A DNA stretch of 45,435 bases, taken from a bacterium (GTDB taxonomy: Bacteria > Zhuqueibacterota > Zhuqueibacteria > Oceanimicrobiales > Oceanimicrobiaceae). The DNA is taken from the NCBI GenBank assembly GCA_046758765.1, contig JBHIAW010000003.1:1-45435 (forward strand), given 5' to 3'. The translations under genes and the position numbers were made by a program. A model generated the notes under the pieces. It worked only from the letters and a program-made list of their open reading frames with translations, did no database searches and was not told where the DNA came from. Shown piece after piece: positions 29,168 to 38,809 of this stretch; the first letter of the stretch is position 1, and each line of letters begins with the position of its first letter.

Positions 29168-30451
29168 ATGAGAAGGTTTTTATCTTTAATATTATTATCG
29201 CTGGTAATTTTGATAAAGAGCCTTTGGTCTCAGGAAGTAGTTGACAGAATCGTGGCCATCGTGGATGATAATATCATACTCCAATCAGAGCTTTATCAAT
29301 ACACTTACAATTTAGCGTTGCAGCTTGGTTTGGACCCTCAGAAAGAGCCAGATAAATTTGATAGATTGCGAGAGGAGACCTTAAGTAACTTGATTACACA
29401 GAAAGTTCTTCTTGTCAGAGCCAAAGAAGACAGCATTGTTGTCAATGACAAACAAGTAGAAGAGGTTCTTGAAAATCAAATTCAACAAATGGTAGCTCAA
29501 TTGGGCTCTGAAAAAAGAGTTGAAGAATATTTTAATCTCACCATGAGGGAAATCAAACGGGATTTTCGTGATGAAGTAAGAGAGGGGCTCTTAGTGAGAA
29601 CATTAAGAGATAAAAAAGACCGTGAAGTTCAGATTTCTCGAAGGGAAGTAGAGGCGTTTTACAAGGCCTATCGAGACAGCCTTCCCGAAGTAAAAGAATC
29701 GCTAAAGATTAGCCATATACTCTTGAAAGTGGAACCTAGTGAGGCAGCGATTAATGAAGCAAGAAAGAAAGCGGAAGAGATTTTGTCTCGAATTAAGAAT
29801 GGTGAAAGTTTTGCAGAATTAGCCAAAGATTTTTCTGAAGACCCAGGCTCCGCTTCTAAAGGCGGCGATTTGGGATTTATTGAGAGGGGGGATTTTGTTA
29901 GAGAATTTGAGGAGGTGGCTTTTCTTTTGAACCCCGGTGAAATATCTGACATCGTTAGAACGCGGTTTGGATTGCATATTATCCAGCTTATTGAAAAAAG
30001 GGGAGAAAAGATTAATACGCGTCATATACTTATTCGTTTGGACACCTCACCGGAGGATGAAACCGTCACCGTAGAGAAGCTAAAGAGCTTCAAAAAGCAG
30101 ATAGAGAATGGCGAGGCAACGTTTGAAGAGTTAGTCCAAAAATATTCCAACGATGAGTCAACGGTTGCTAAAGGCGGCGATTTGGGCTGGTTTCAGGTAG
30201 ACCAATTTCAAATAGAGTCTTTTCGAAAGGCTATCTTAGGATTAGAAGTTGGAGAAATATCAGACCCTGTGAAAACTAAGTTTGGCTACCATTTGATACG
30301 GCTTGATGCAAGAAGACCAGCCAGAAAACTCAACATATCTGAAGATTGGGAACAGATTGAACAGTGGGCTTTGAATCTCAAACGTCAAAGAGAATTTGAG
30401 AAATGGGTAGCAGATATAACAAAGGATGTTTATATCGAAGTCAAAGAATAG
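29168..30451 (+). CDS. surA: SurA-like periplasmic chaperone/PPIase with two parvulin domains
   Basis: Signal peptide, VVDRIVAIVDDNIILQSEL (SurA N-domain) and two rotamase domains (SHILL..FAELAKDFSEDPGSASKGGDLG; RHILI..YSND..KGGDLGW..FGYHLI). Confidence 0.85.
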   Translation: MRRFLSLILLSLVILIKSLWSQEVVDRIVAIVDDNIILQSELYQYTYNLALQLGLDPQKEPDKFDRLREETLSNLITQKVLLVRAKEDSIVVNDKQVEEVLENQIQQMVAQLGSEKRVEEYFNLTMREIKRDFRDEVREGLLVRTLRDKKDREVQISRREVEAFYKAYRDSLPEVKESLKISHILLKVEPSEAAINEARKKAEEILSRIKNGESFAELAKDFSEDPGSASKGGDLGFIERGDFVREFEEVAFLLNPGEISDIVRTRFGLHIIQLIEKRGEKINTRHILIRLDTSPEDETVTVEKLKSFKKQIENGEATFEELVQKYSNDESTVAKGGDLGWFQVDQFQIESFRKAILGLEVGEISDPVKTKFGYHLIRLDARRPARKLNISEDWEQIEQWALNLKRQREFEKWVADITKDVYIEVKE

Positions 30452-30459
30452 ATTCATAT

Positions 30460-30969
30460 ATGTTTATTTTGGAAATAATAGGGCAAATTGTCTTTTGGAT
30501 TCTAATGCTGGTTAGTATACTCATCGTCCCTTTTGGAATTCCCGGGACTTTTGTCATAGTTGGCAATGCTCTCATATACGGCTGGCTCACAAACTTTGCT
30601 GAGATGACATGGAAATTTATTGGAATATTATTGCTCATCTCCGTATTAGCCGAGGTCGTTGAATTTTTCATGGGTGCGGCTGCGGCCGCTAAGTATGGCG
30701 CCTCTAAGCTTGGGATATTTGGAGCCATTTTGGGTGGATTCGTAGGTGCCATTTGGTTAACCCCCCTGTTTCCAGTAATTGGAACTATTTTCGGCGCTTT
30801 TCTTGGCGCGTTTGTAGGAGCCACTTTGTTTGAATATTTTGCTTCCAAAGATATGCAAAAATCGCTGCGTGCAGGTTTTGGAGCTTTTTTAGGTTCTGTT
30901 GGAGGTAAGCTGACCAAAATTGCGGCCGCTGTGGCCATGGTGGTAATGGTAGGTTTTAAAATATACTAA
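30460..30969 (+). CDS. DUF456 family membrane protein
   Basis: Gly-rich hydrophobic helices: P.GIPGT, AKYGASK.G..GAILGG, GAFLGAFVGA..E. The start is moved to ATG 30460. Confidence 0.8.
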   Translation: MFILEIIGQIVFWILMLVSILIVPFGIPGTFVIVGNALIYGWLTNFAEMTWKFIGILLLISVLAEVVEFFMGAAAAAKYGASKLGIFGAILGGFVGAIWLTPLFPVIGTIFGAFLGAFVGATLFEYFASKDMQKSLRAGFGAFLGSVGGKLTKIAAAVAMVVMVGFKIY

Positions 30970-30977
30970 GTGTCCCA

Positions 30978-31646
30978 ATGAAAAAAGTTGTTTTACTCTT
31001 ATTTCTCTGCGTCACATTTTCGAATATTTTTGCTCAAATAAAAGTGCCTAAAAGCGAATTTGTTTTGGCTCGATTAAAATATCACGGTGGCGGAGATTGG
31101 TATAACGACCCTTCCATTATTCCAAACCTTTTGGATTTTATGTCCGATAATACCATCATCGATGTAGGGAATGCGGAAGCTATCGTTGAAATTATGGAAG
31201 AAGATTTGTTTTCTTATCCTGTGATTTTTATGACCGGTCACGGCAAAATAACATTTTCAAAACAGGAAGTAGAAAGATTGCGTCATTATCTGACCCATGG
31301 TGGATTTTTATATGCCGATGATGATTATGGCATGGACAAGTCGTTTCGCCAAGAAATTAAGAAGGTTTTTCCAAACGAGGAGCTCATTGAAATTCCATTT
31401 TCTCATGAAATCTATCACTGCCACTTTGATTTCCCCAATGGCCTTCCTAAGATTCATGAGCACGACGGTGGCCCTCCACACGGGTACGGAATTTTTTATG
31501 AAGGTAGAATGGTTGTATTCTACACGTTCAATACTAATATCTCCGACGGCTGGGCCGACCCAAACGTGCATGGAGACCCACCGGAAGTCCGGCATAGAGC
31601 TTTTGAGATGGGAACGAACATCATGGTTCATGCTTTAACCCATTAA
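30978..31646 (+). CDS. DUF4159 domain-containing secreted protein
   Basis: Signal peptide, ARLKY.GGGDWY.DP, YP.IFMTGHG, LR.YL..GGFLYADD.YG, PKIHEHDG and DGW.D..VH.D. Confidence 0.85.
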   Translation: MKKVVLLLFLCVTFSNIFAQIKVPKSEFVLARLKYHGGGDWYNDPSIIPNLLDFMSDNTIIDVGNAEAIVEIMEEDLFSYPVIFMTGHGKITFSKQEVERLRHYLTHGGFLYADDDYGMDKSFRQEIKKVFPNEELIEIPFSHEIYHCHFDFPNGLPKIHEHDGGPPHGYGIFYEGRMVVFYTFNTNISDGWADPNVHGDPPEVRHRAFEMGTNIMVHALTH

Positions 31647-31654
31647 GGTAAATA

Positions 31655-34600
31655 ATGAGTGCTTACGAAGAAATATTTCAAAATATCCTTCATCGCTTAC
31701 ATCTCCTCAGACAAAGAGAAAAAAAACTAAGTCTGGCGCAAGGGTTCATCACCTTTCTTATTGTTTTACTCGCGCTGATTTTGTTAGCGCTGGCTACAGA
31801 AGCAATTTTACGATTGGACCCTTTACCCCGTCTCATTTTACTTGGTGTGACTATTTTGATTTTGATGGGCTCGTTAATTTGGTTTGTCTTGCGCCCGGTC
31901 TATTCCATTTTGTTTCGGCCCCACTCTCCTGATGATATCAGTTTGGCCTTGAAAGTAGGTAATCATTTTACCCAAATACGGGACAGATTTGCCGATGCTT
32001 TGCAGGTGTTTCAAAAACACAGACAAAATCCTGAGGGCTATTCCTTAGAGCTGGCTGACGCTTCTTTGACAGAAATAAATGAAGAAATTAGCGAGGTCAA
32101 ATTTGATGCGGTAGCCGATGTCTCTTCTGTAAAAAAAACTTTCAGATTTTGGCTTGGAAGTGCTGCGGTAATTTTATTAGTCACGAGTATTTTTTCGAGT
32201 GATTTTCTGAACGCATCGTACCGCTTAATTCATCCCTTGCGGGAATTCTCCAAGAATCCCGACCTTAGGCTCAACGTTACTCCAGGCGATATTGAAGTGG
32301 TAAAGGGAGACCATATCGAAATACGGGCTAAAGTGGAGGGAGTCCAAATCTCAGAGGTTGTGCTCGGCTTGAAGAAAGAAGAAGCCAAAGAATTTGAACA
32401 CCATGTTCTTTCCGCTGAAAAGGAGAACGAATTTTCCTTTAATCTTGAGAACGTAAAGGACAATATGAAGTACCAAGTACACGCCGCTTCGCACTCAAGC
32501 CCTGAATATTCGATATCTGTTGTTGAGCTTCCCTTTGTAAGGAATCTGCAGATAAAACTGAAATATCCCTCCTATTCGAAGTTAGGGAGCCAATTCTTAG
32601 ACGAGAATGTAGGAGATCTCACGGCGTTGAAAGGCACTAGAGCTGAAATATCACTAAAGACCAACAAAACGGTTAAAGCAGGGAAATTAGTTTTTGACAA
32701 TAATGCTGAGCTACCTCTAAGGATAGTGGGTCAAGAGGCAAAAAGTAGTTTTACCCTACTCAGGGATGGGAGTTACCATATTGAATTGGTGGACAAGAAA
32801 GACCGAACTAATTCCGACCCGATTGAATATCGGATGACGGTTTTAGAGGATCAGTTTCCTTTGGTGCAAATTACTTTTCCTGGTCAAGATGTGGATTTAA
32901 GTGATGATATGCTTTTGCCCTTAACAGTAGAAGCAGAGGATGATTTCGGATTTTCTAAGGTTCGAATTGGATATCGAATTCTGCACGGCGGTCTGCAGCA
33001 AGGAGCGCTCCAGTTTTTCGATTTGCAATTTCCACAGCCAGGTAAAGATAAGATACTTCTGAATCATACATGGGATCTTTCAAATTTAGATATTTATCCA
33101 GAAGACGTAATAACTTATTTTGCCGAGGCTTTTGACAACGATGTAGTCTCTGGTCCTAAAAGTTCTCGCAGTTTGACTTTCCGGGTGCGGTTTCCTTCTA
33201 TCTATGAAATCTATGAGGAGGTCGCTCGCAGCCACGAAGAGACCTTCGAAGGATTAGAAGAGTTGTATGAGCAAAGCAAATCCCTTAAGGAAAACTTAGA
33301 TGAGATTGTTCAAGAAATGAAAAGGGATCCAGAATTAAATTGGGAAGAAAGGCAGAACGTCCAAGATGCGGTTCAATCACAAGAGCAGATGCGGCAAAAA
33401 TTAGAACAGCTTGAAGAGAAACTGGAAGACATGGTTAGCCGGATGGAACAAAATGATTTAGTGTCGCTTGAAACGCTGGCAAAGTATCGCGAACTTCAAA
33501 AGCTTATGGAGGAGATGCTCACACCTGAGCTAAAAGAAGCCTTGCGGAAACTACAAAAATCGATCAAGGAGATTGATCCTCAGAAACTCAAAGAAGCCAT
33601 GGAAAAATTTACCGCCTCGCAGGAGGAATTCTTAAGAAACGTTGAACGTACTTTGAATTTGCTGAAACAATTGCAAATTGAGCAAAAATTAGATGAGGCA
33701 GTACGGAGGGCCGAGGAGCTTCGTCGCCGTCAAGAGGAGCTCAACAAAAAGGCAGCCGAATCTAAAGAGATACAAAATGGCAGCAAATATGCCCAAGAAC
33801 AAAAAGGAATTCGAGAAGAAACAACTGATTTGGAGGAGGTGTTGGAGGAGCTTCGTAACCGTATGAATGAGTTTCCGCAGATGCCTCAAAATCGCATCGA
33901 AGCTGCCCAAGATCTGGTCCAGCAAGATGGCTTACCGTCAAAGATGCAACAAGCTATTCAACAATTTCAATCGGGTAACATGACGGGTGCGCAAAAGAGC
34001 GGCCAACAGATTTCTCAAGGTCTACAAGAACTACTGGAAACCTTGCAAACCGCCCAGAAGGAGCTCTCAGAAAATCAGAGGCAGCGGGTCATGGAAGCGC
34101 TTAACCGTTCTTCCCACGATCTGTTGACACTTTCAAAGCAACAGGAGAATTTGATGCAATCGACTCAAGGCCTGCATAAGAACTCACCGCGTGTGAACCA
34201 ATCGGCGGAGAAACAGCAGGATTTATTTTCAGGGCTGACCCGAGTTACGAACCAACTTTATGAGTTATCCCAAAAAACCTTTTTCGTAACACCAGAAATA
34301 GGAAAAGCCCTCGGAAAATCCATCCACGGAATGCAAAGTGCATTGAAAAGCTTAGAGGCGCGAGACAGCGGCAGAACCGTCAAAAACCAAGGTATGGCCA
34401 TATCGGGTCTAAACGAAGCGGCGGCCGAAATTCGTAAATCTATGCAGAGCTTAGGCGGCGCTTCCTCAGCCATAGGGTTTCAGCAAATGATGCAGAGGTT
34501 AATGGGCATATCAAATCAACAGCAAGGAATAAATCAGCGCACCTCTCAATTAGGTGAAAATCCTTCTATGAGTTTAGAAGAGCAGGCTGCTTTGTCCCGG

Positions 34601-35035
34601 TTGGCCGCCGAACAACAAGCTGTAAGGAAGTCCTTAGAACAGTTACGGAAAGAAATCGGAAATCGAAGCGATATACTCGGTGATTTGGGGCAGATTACCA
34701 AAGACATGGAAGAAGTTGTAAAAGAATTGCAGCAGCAGAATGTAAGCAGACAAACGATAGACCGGCAAAAACGCATCATATCAAGACTGTTGGATGCCCA
34801 GCGTTCTGTGCACAATCGTGACTACAGTAGAAAGCGTAAAGCAGAAACTGGCAAAGTATATCATGCCCTCAGTCCTAAAGGATTGCCGTCAAATTTGGAA
34901 AATGAGAGGTACCGGTTTAAAGATGAATTGCTTAAAGCGATGAAAGAAGGATATTCAAAAGACTACAGATACCTTATTCAGAAATATTTTGAGGCATTAG
35001 CAAAAGAGCAACAAATAGAACGATCGAATAATTAG
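31655..35035 (+). CDS. DUF4175-like membrane-anchored protein with Ig-like domains and a long Q/E-rich coiled coil
   Basis: Three N-terminal TM helices, a beta-rich middle (YPSY..L, DQFP.V.I..P, AEDDFG, A.DND.VSGPK), then ~600 aa of coiled coil ending RLLDAQRS...Y..LI.KYFE.L. Confidence 0.75.
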   Translation: MSAYEEIFQNILHRLHLLRQREKKLSLAQGFITFLIVLLALILLALATEAILRLDPLPRLILLGVTILILMGSLIWFVLRPVYSILFRPHSPDDISLALKVGNHFTQIRDRFADALQVFQKHRQNPEGYSLELADASLTEINEEISEVKFDAVADVSSVKKTFRFWLGSAAVILLVTSIFSSDFLNASYRLIHPLREFSKNPDLRLNVTPGDIEVVKGDHIEIRAKVEGVQISEVVLGLKKEEAKEFEHHVLSAEKENEFSFNLENVKDNMKYQVHAASHSSPEYSISVVELPFVRNLQIKLKYPSYSKLGSQFLDENVGDLTALKGTRAEISLKTNKTVKAGKLVFDNNAELPLRIVGQEAKSSFTLLRDGSYHIELVDKKDRTNSDPIEYRMTVLEDQFPLVQITFPGQDVDLSDDMLLPLTVEAEDDFGFSKVRIGYRILHGGLQQGALQFFDLQFPQPGKDKILLNHTWDLSNLDIYPEDVITYFAEAFDNDVVSGPKSSRSLTFRVRFPSIYEIYEEVARSHEETFEGLEELYEQSKSLKENLDEIVQEMKRDPELNWEERQNVQDAVQSQEQMRQKLEQLEEKLEDMVSRMEQNDLVSLETLAKYRELQKLMEEMLTPELKEALRKLQKSIKEIDPQKLKEAMEKFTASQEEFLRNVERTLNLLKQLQIEQKLDEAVRRAEELRRRQEELNKKAAESKEIQNGSKYAQEQKGIREETTDLEEVLEELRNRMNEFPQMPQNRIEAAQDLVQQDGLPSKMQQAIQQFQSGNMTGAQKSGQQISQGLQELLETLQTAQKELSENQRQRVMEALNRSSHDLLTLSKQQENLMQSTQGLHKNSPRVNQSAEKQQDLFSGLTRVTNQLYELSQKTFFVTPEIGKALGKSIHGMQSALKSLEARDSGRTVKNQGMAISGLNEAAAEIRKSMQSLGGASSAIGFQQMMQRLMGISNQQQGINQRTSQLGENPSMSLEEQAALSRLAAEQQAVRKSLEQLRKEIGNRSDILGDLGQITKDMEEVVKELQQQNVSRQTIDRQKRIISRLLDAQRSVHNRDYSRKRKAETGKVYHALSPKGLPSNLENERYRFKDELLKAMKEGYSKDYRYLIQKYFEALAKEQQIERSNN

Positions 35036-35107
35036 ACCCAGATTTGGACTTGAAAAATCAAACCCTGAAGGTTACTGAATTGATGGATCAATAAGAATCT
35101 ATTTACC

Positions 35108-36964
35108 ATGTTGACCGTGAAAGTCTTGCCAAAATTTATACTATTATTAGCAATCATTTTAGGGATATCTTTAACCCAAAATGTCTTTGCCCAAAGTGAG
35201 AAGCAATTAAACAGTCGCGTTCGTGTCGCTCGAGACTATGAGCGCATGGGCAAGTATGAGGCCGCCCTCGGTATTTACCGCAACCTTCATGAGCTCGTGC
35301 CCAATAACCAACTTTACTATGAAGGGGTTAAGCGAAATATGCTGCGGCTTAAAATGTATGACGAACTGATTGGGCTCATTAAGTCGAACCTCCAGTACAG
35401 AAACAACTTGCGATTGCAGGCCGATTTAGCCAATGTTTACTATAAAAGCGGAAATCAAGCTTTGGCAAAGCAGATTTGGAATAAGATGTTAAACGAAAAT
35501 AAACGGAGTAAAGCCGTTTATATTTTTGTAGCCAATGCCATGATGGACAATCGTCTTTACAGTGAGGCTATTGAGGTCTATAAGTCAGCTCGTCAGACTA
35601 TTAAACAGGACGCTCTCTTCGTTTTTGAATTGGCTAATATTTATGCAGCGCGACTCCACTATAAGGAGGCTACGTTAGAATTGGTCAAACATTTAGAAAA
35701 AAATCCCAGACAATTTTCTTATATCGAGGGAAGAATCGCAAGTTATACCAAAGACCGCGAACATGCTCGAGAGGTGGCCGAAGTTTTGCAGGGATTTCTC
35801 CACCGCAGTCAACAGGAATACCTGATTCGAAAACTTTTGGCCGGCCTCTATTTGCGAGTTGGTGAGTATGAAAATTCTCTCGAAGAATTTAAGATTCTTG
35901 AAAGTATGCAGAACCCTATGGAAGGGCGAAACAAGGTGGCTGGAAGAGAACTGTTTCACTTTGCTGAACAGGCTGCAAGCGCAGGTGAATACCAATATGC
36001 TCAACAGGCGTATGCCTTAATACTCTCCAAATATGGCAGCTCACCTTATACAGTCCGGGCTCAATTTGGGATTGCGCTGGCCAAGCAGAAGCTAGGGCTT
36101 GCTCATGAGGCTTTACAAAGTTACGATGCGCTGATTAGGTCTGCCCCGCGTAGTCCCTGGGCTCATGAGGCTATTTTTCAAAGGGGCGAGATATATTTTG
36201 TTGATTTATTTGAGGTGGATAAGGCTTTACAGGCCTATCATTTCATTGTACAGAATTACCCTAAAATTAAAAACATAGCCAACACCTATTTTCGAATCGG
36301 CGATTGTTATGCTGCCAAAGGCCAACTGCAAGAAGCTCAAATATGGTATGAAAAGCCGCTAAGAACATTCAGAACCAATCAAAGTGTCAAAGAAAAGGCA
36401 ATGTTCAAGGGCGCTTATTTGGATTTCCTTACCGGTGACTTTGACCAAGCTCTGCAAAAGCTGCATAAGATTACAGACAATTTAGGTGAAATCATACCCA
36501 AGGATGAAAGTTATGTGAACGATGCGCTTGAATTGATTTTCTTGATTGAGGAAAATAAGAAGGCATCTTCTGAAGCTTTGAAAGCGTACGGGAAAGCTCA
36601 AATTCTGACGCTTCAAAGGCTGTACTCCGATGCTATCAAAAAGCTGCGGGAAATATTAGAACAGTTTCCCAATGCAGGTATTATTGATGAATCCCTGTTG
36701 GACTTGGGGGAATTAGAAAATACTCGAGGAAATTATGCCTCGGCGATTGAGTACTTTCAAGGATTGTTGAAGGAATATCCTGAAAGTGTTTATAACGCCT
36801 TGGCCCAAAAACGAATTGGCGAAATTTATGAACAAGGTTTGGGGGATTTTCAAAAAGCCCAGGAGGCCTACGAACTGGTTTTGATTAATTATCCGCAGAG
36901 TGTCTATCTCGAAGAGGTTCGCCAGAAGCTGAGAAATTTAGAGTCTCGGCAGTTGAGTAATTGA
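35108..36964 (+). CDS. Secreted tetratricopeptide-repeat protein
   Basis: Signal peptide and many TPR motifs (A...Y..LI..YP.S), with a C-terminal YPQSVYLEEVRQKLRNL. Confidence 0.85.
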   Translation: MLTVKVLPKFILLLAIILGISLTQNVFAQSEKQLNSRVRVARDYERMGKYEAALGIYRNLHELVPNNQLYYEGVKRNMLRLKMYDELIGLIKSNLQYRNNLRLQADLANVYYKSGNQALAKQIWNKMLNENKRSKAVYIFVANAMMDNRLYSEAIEVYKSARQTIKQDALFVFELANIYAARLHYKEATLELVKHLEKNPRQFSYIEGRIASYTKDREHAREVAEVLQGFLHRSQQEYLIRKLLAGLYLRVGEYENSLEEFKILESMQNPMEGRNKVAGRELFHFAEQAASAGEYQYAQQAYALILSKYGSSPYTVRAQFGIALAKQKLGLAHEALQSYDALIRSAPRSPWAHEAIFQRGEIYFVDLFEVDKALQAYHFIVQNYPKIKNIANTYFRIGDCYAAKGQLQEAQIWYEKPLRTFRTNQSVKEKAMFKGAYLDFLTGDFDQALQKLHKITDNLGEIIPKDESYVNDALELIFLIEENKKASSEALKAYGKAQILTLQRLYSDAIKKLREILEQFPNAGIIDESLLDLGELENTRGNYASAIEYFQGLLKEYPESVYNALAQKRIGEIYEQGLGDFQKAQEAYELVLINYPQSVYLEEVRQKLRNLESRQLSN

Positions 36965-36972
36965 TTATCAAT

Positions 36973-38247
36973 ATGAAAAAAATATTTTTAATTTTGCAAT
37001 TTGCAATTTTCTTTTTGAATTTATTTCCAAATAACGGTATAGCTCAAAAGCTTCTCATTCCCATGGATTTGAAGCAAACCGACCACCTCAAAGCCTATGG
37101 TGTGGCCTATTGGGCTTTAGAGCGTAGTATAAATGTGGAATGGCTGCTTAATTACCGTGGCGGTTCGTTTATGCTGGATTACTATCCTGCGGTGGAACGG
37201 GAACTACGGTTACGCGGGGTGGCCTTTTCTACCATTGGCGGCACAGATGCGGCTCAGGTTTATTCTGAAATTGAAGAAGGCAACATGGATGTGATCTTAC
37301 TGGAAAAGGCGCCTAAGATTGCTGTTTATAGTCCACCCAACAAACAGGTTTGGGACGATGCGGTCACGTTGGCGCTCACCTACGCAGAGGTCCCCTACGA
37401 CGTCCTCTGGGATCAAGAAGTGTTACTGGGCGAATTAGAAAAATACGACTGGTTACATCTTCATCACGAAGATTTTACCGGCCAATACGGCAAGTTTTAC
37501 GCTAATTTCCGGAACGCACCCTGGTATATTGAAGAGGTCTTGAAAAATGAGACCATGGCAAAATCTGCTGGGTTTTCAAAAGTTTCTGAAGAAAAGAAAG
37601 CGGTGGCGCGAATGATAAAGGAGTATGTTCTACGCGGTGGATTTGTTTTTGCCATGTGCTCGGCCACCGATACCATCGACATTGCCTTGGCCGCAGAAAA
37701 TACCGACATTGTAGAAGGAGTCTTTGACGGTGACCCTGCGGACCCCGATTGTCAATCCAGACTTGATTATTCTAAGAGCTTCGCTTTTGAGAATTTTACC
37801 GTTGAATTAAATCCGCTGGTTTATGAACACTCTGATATCGACTTACCTCCCAGCAACATGCCTCGAGTAAGAAATGCGGAGGCGGATTATTTTACATTGT
37901 TTGAATTCTCTGCTAAATATGATCCGGTGCCCACCATGCTAACTCAGAATCACGTATCAGTAGTTAAAGGATTTATGGGTCAGACCACAGCCTTTAAAAG
38001 AAGCTTAATCAAGAAATCGGTAATTATTTTGGGAGAGGTGGAGGCTACCGAGGAAGTGAAATACATTCACGGAAACTTAGGGCGTGGTACGTTTACGTTC
38101 TACGGCGGTCACGACCCTGAAGATTACCAGCATTTTGTCTACGACCCGCCAACGCAGCTTTCGCTGCACAAAAATTCCCCAGGCTATCGGCTAATTTTGA
38201 ACAATATTTTGTTTCCTGCCGCAAAAAAGAAGAAAAGGAAAACATAA
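36973..38247 (+). CDS. Secreted FCB-conserved protein with class I glutamine amidotransferase-like fold (family often mis-annotated as asparagine synthetase B)
   Basis: Signal peptide, LIPMD..Q.DHLKAYG, WLLNYRGGSF, WDDAVTLALTYAE, DWLHLHHEDFTGQYGKF, nucleophile-elbow-like FAMCSATD and GGHDPEDY. The start is moved to ATG 36973. Confidence 0.7.
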   Translation: MKKIFLILQFAIFFLNLFPNNGIAQKLLIPMDLKQTDHLKAYGVAYWALERSINVEWLLNYRGGSFMLDYYPAVERELRLRGVAFSTIGGTDAAQVYSEIEEGNMDVILLEKAPKIAVYSPPNKQVWDDAVTLALTYAEVPYDVLWDQEVLLGELEKYDWLHLHHEDFTGQYGKFYANFRNAPWYIEEVLKNETMAKSAGFSKVSEEKKAVARMIKEYVLRGGFVFAMCSATDTIDIALAAENTDIVEGVFDGDPADPDCQSRLDYSKSFAFENFTVELNPLVYEHSDIDLPPSNMPRVRNAEADYFTLFEFSAKYDPVPTMLTQNHVSVVKGFMGQTTAFKRSLIKKSVIILGEVEATEEVKYIHGNLGRGTFTFYGGHDPEDYQHFVYDPPTQLSLHKNSPGYRLILNNILFPAAKKKKRKT

Positions 38248-38355
38248 CTCAATGGTCTCAATTGGATGATGGGGGAAGACTATTTGATCTACCCTCTTGC
38301 AGAATGACATGAACCCTCCCGTAACCGAGGTGTTACTGTTCCCACCGATTTTCTC

Positions 38356-38384
38356 TTGACATTTATTTCAATTTCAAGTACTTT
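38356..38384 (+). promoter_or_regulatory. Putative sigma70 promoter for yjbQ-thiL
   Basis: TTGACA (38356-38361), a 17-nt spacer and TACTTT (38379-38384), 30 nt upstream of the ATG. Confidence 0.6.
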
Positions 38385-38413
38385 TGATGTTGAAAAATGG
38401 ATAGGTTTTTGTC

Positions 38414-38806
38414 ATGGTTAAAGAGTTTTCAGTCAGGACAGGCCAACAAGTTGAATTTGTCAAAATAACCAGTCAGATTCAAAAGTTGGTGGACGAAAGT
38501 GGGAGCAAAGATGGCCTCTGTGTCGCTTATGTACCACATACCACGGCTGGCATAACCATCAACGAAGGCGCGGACCCGGATGTGGTGCGAGATATAGTGA
38601 TGGAGTTGAACAAGATCGTTCCATTTGAAGACGGCTATTTCCATGGTGAAGGCAATTCGGCTGCGCATATTAAAGCAAGCTTAATAGGGTCTTCCGTTAC
38701 TGTTCTCATTCAAAATGGACAATTGGTGTTAGGCACCTGGCAGTCCATTTTTTTCTGCGAATTTGATGGTCCAAGAAATCGACGCGTCTTGGTTCAGATA
38801 AGCTGA
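38414..38806 (+). CDS. yjbQ: YjbQ/UPF0047 family protein (secondary thiamine-phosphate synthase)
   Basis: PHTTAGITINEGADPDV..D, H.EGNS.AHIKASLIG and LGTWQSIFFCEFDGPR.R. Confidence 0.93.
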   Translation: MVKEFSVRTGQQVEFVKITSQIQKLVDESGSKDGLCVAYVPHTTAGITINEGADPDVVRDIVMELNKIVPFEDGYFHGEGNSAAHIKASLIGSSVTVLIQNGQLVLGTWQSIFFCEFDGPRNRRVLVQIS

Positions 38807-38809
38807 CCT

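Noticed and set aside
33200-35035. Possible SMC/chromosome-segregation ATPase (long coiled coil near oriC)
   Set aside because: There are no Walker A/B or signature motifs, and the N-terminal TM helices indicate a DUF4175-like envelope protein.
36973-38247. Annotation as asparagine synthetase B (asnB)
   Set aside because: It has no N-terminal Cys Ntn-amidotransferase domain and no SGGLDS motif, and it carries a signal peptide.
38248-38413. Possible TPP riboswitch upstream of yjbQ-thiL
   Set aside because: The conserved CUGAGA and ACCUG...GCGUAGGGA-type motifs are absent, and the predicted promoter leaves only a short leader.
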